Shown: positions 29,262 to 29,262 of the stretch, piece after piece
Layout of the letters: each line of letters opens with the position of its first letter
How positions within the stretch are numbered: position 1 is the stretch's first letter
Assembly: GCA_050125095.1 (NCBI GenBank)
Contig: JASFEA010000021.1
Location: 1 to 29,262, forward strand
DNA from: a bacterium
GTDB lineage: Bacteria; Arandabacterota; Arandabacteria; Arandabacterales; JALGWA01
Length of the DNA stretch: 29,262 nt
Reading direction: 5' to 3'
Made by a program: the position numbers and the translations under genes
Notes under the pieces: generated by a model
The model's input: the letters and a program-made list of their open reading frames with translations, nothing else
Database searches by the model: none
What the model was told of the DNA's origin: nothing

Positions 29262-29262
29262 C

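Overview
GC-rich bacterial chromosomal window, probably from a diderm (OmpA-domain protein, several lipoproteins), made up mostly of housekeeping genes. Left to right: OmpA-family protein (+), exonuclease III (-), tldD-pmbA (+). Next is a minus-strand pyrimidine operon with a sigma70 promoter and PyrR attenuator: pyrR-pyrB-pyrC-[LUD-domain]-[TPR lipoprotein]-pyrK-pyrD-pyrF-pyrE-[DUF2284-like]-[M50/CBS protease]. A second minus-strand run follows: CDP-alcohol phosphatidyltransferase, ino1, tmk, S41 protease, HAD phosphatase, dusB, larB, larC, LysM/TPR lipoprotein, ecfA1, ecfA2. The window ends with a stand-alone lipoprotein with an internal duplication and the 3' part of a large glycoside phosphorylase-like gene. 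No rRNA, tRNA, CRISPR array, transposase or integrase was seen. The main unexplained structure is an intergenic repeat family with core GGGGTCAGGTCTTGAAATGCACAA: 7 full copies at 4 loci. At two loci it forms a 110-bp unit carrying a long hairpin, and those two loci bracket the pyr operon as ~136-bp inverted repeats. At the other two it brackets the lipoprotein gene in direct orientation. All calls come from reading motifs by eye; no database searches were run.
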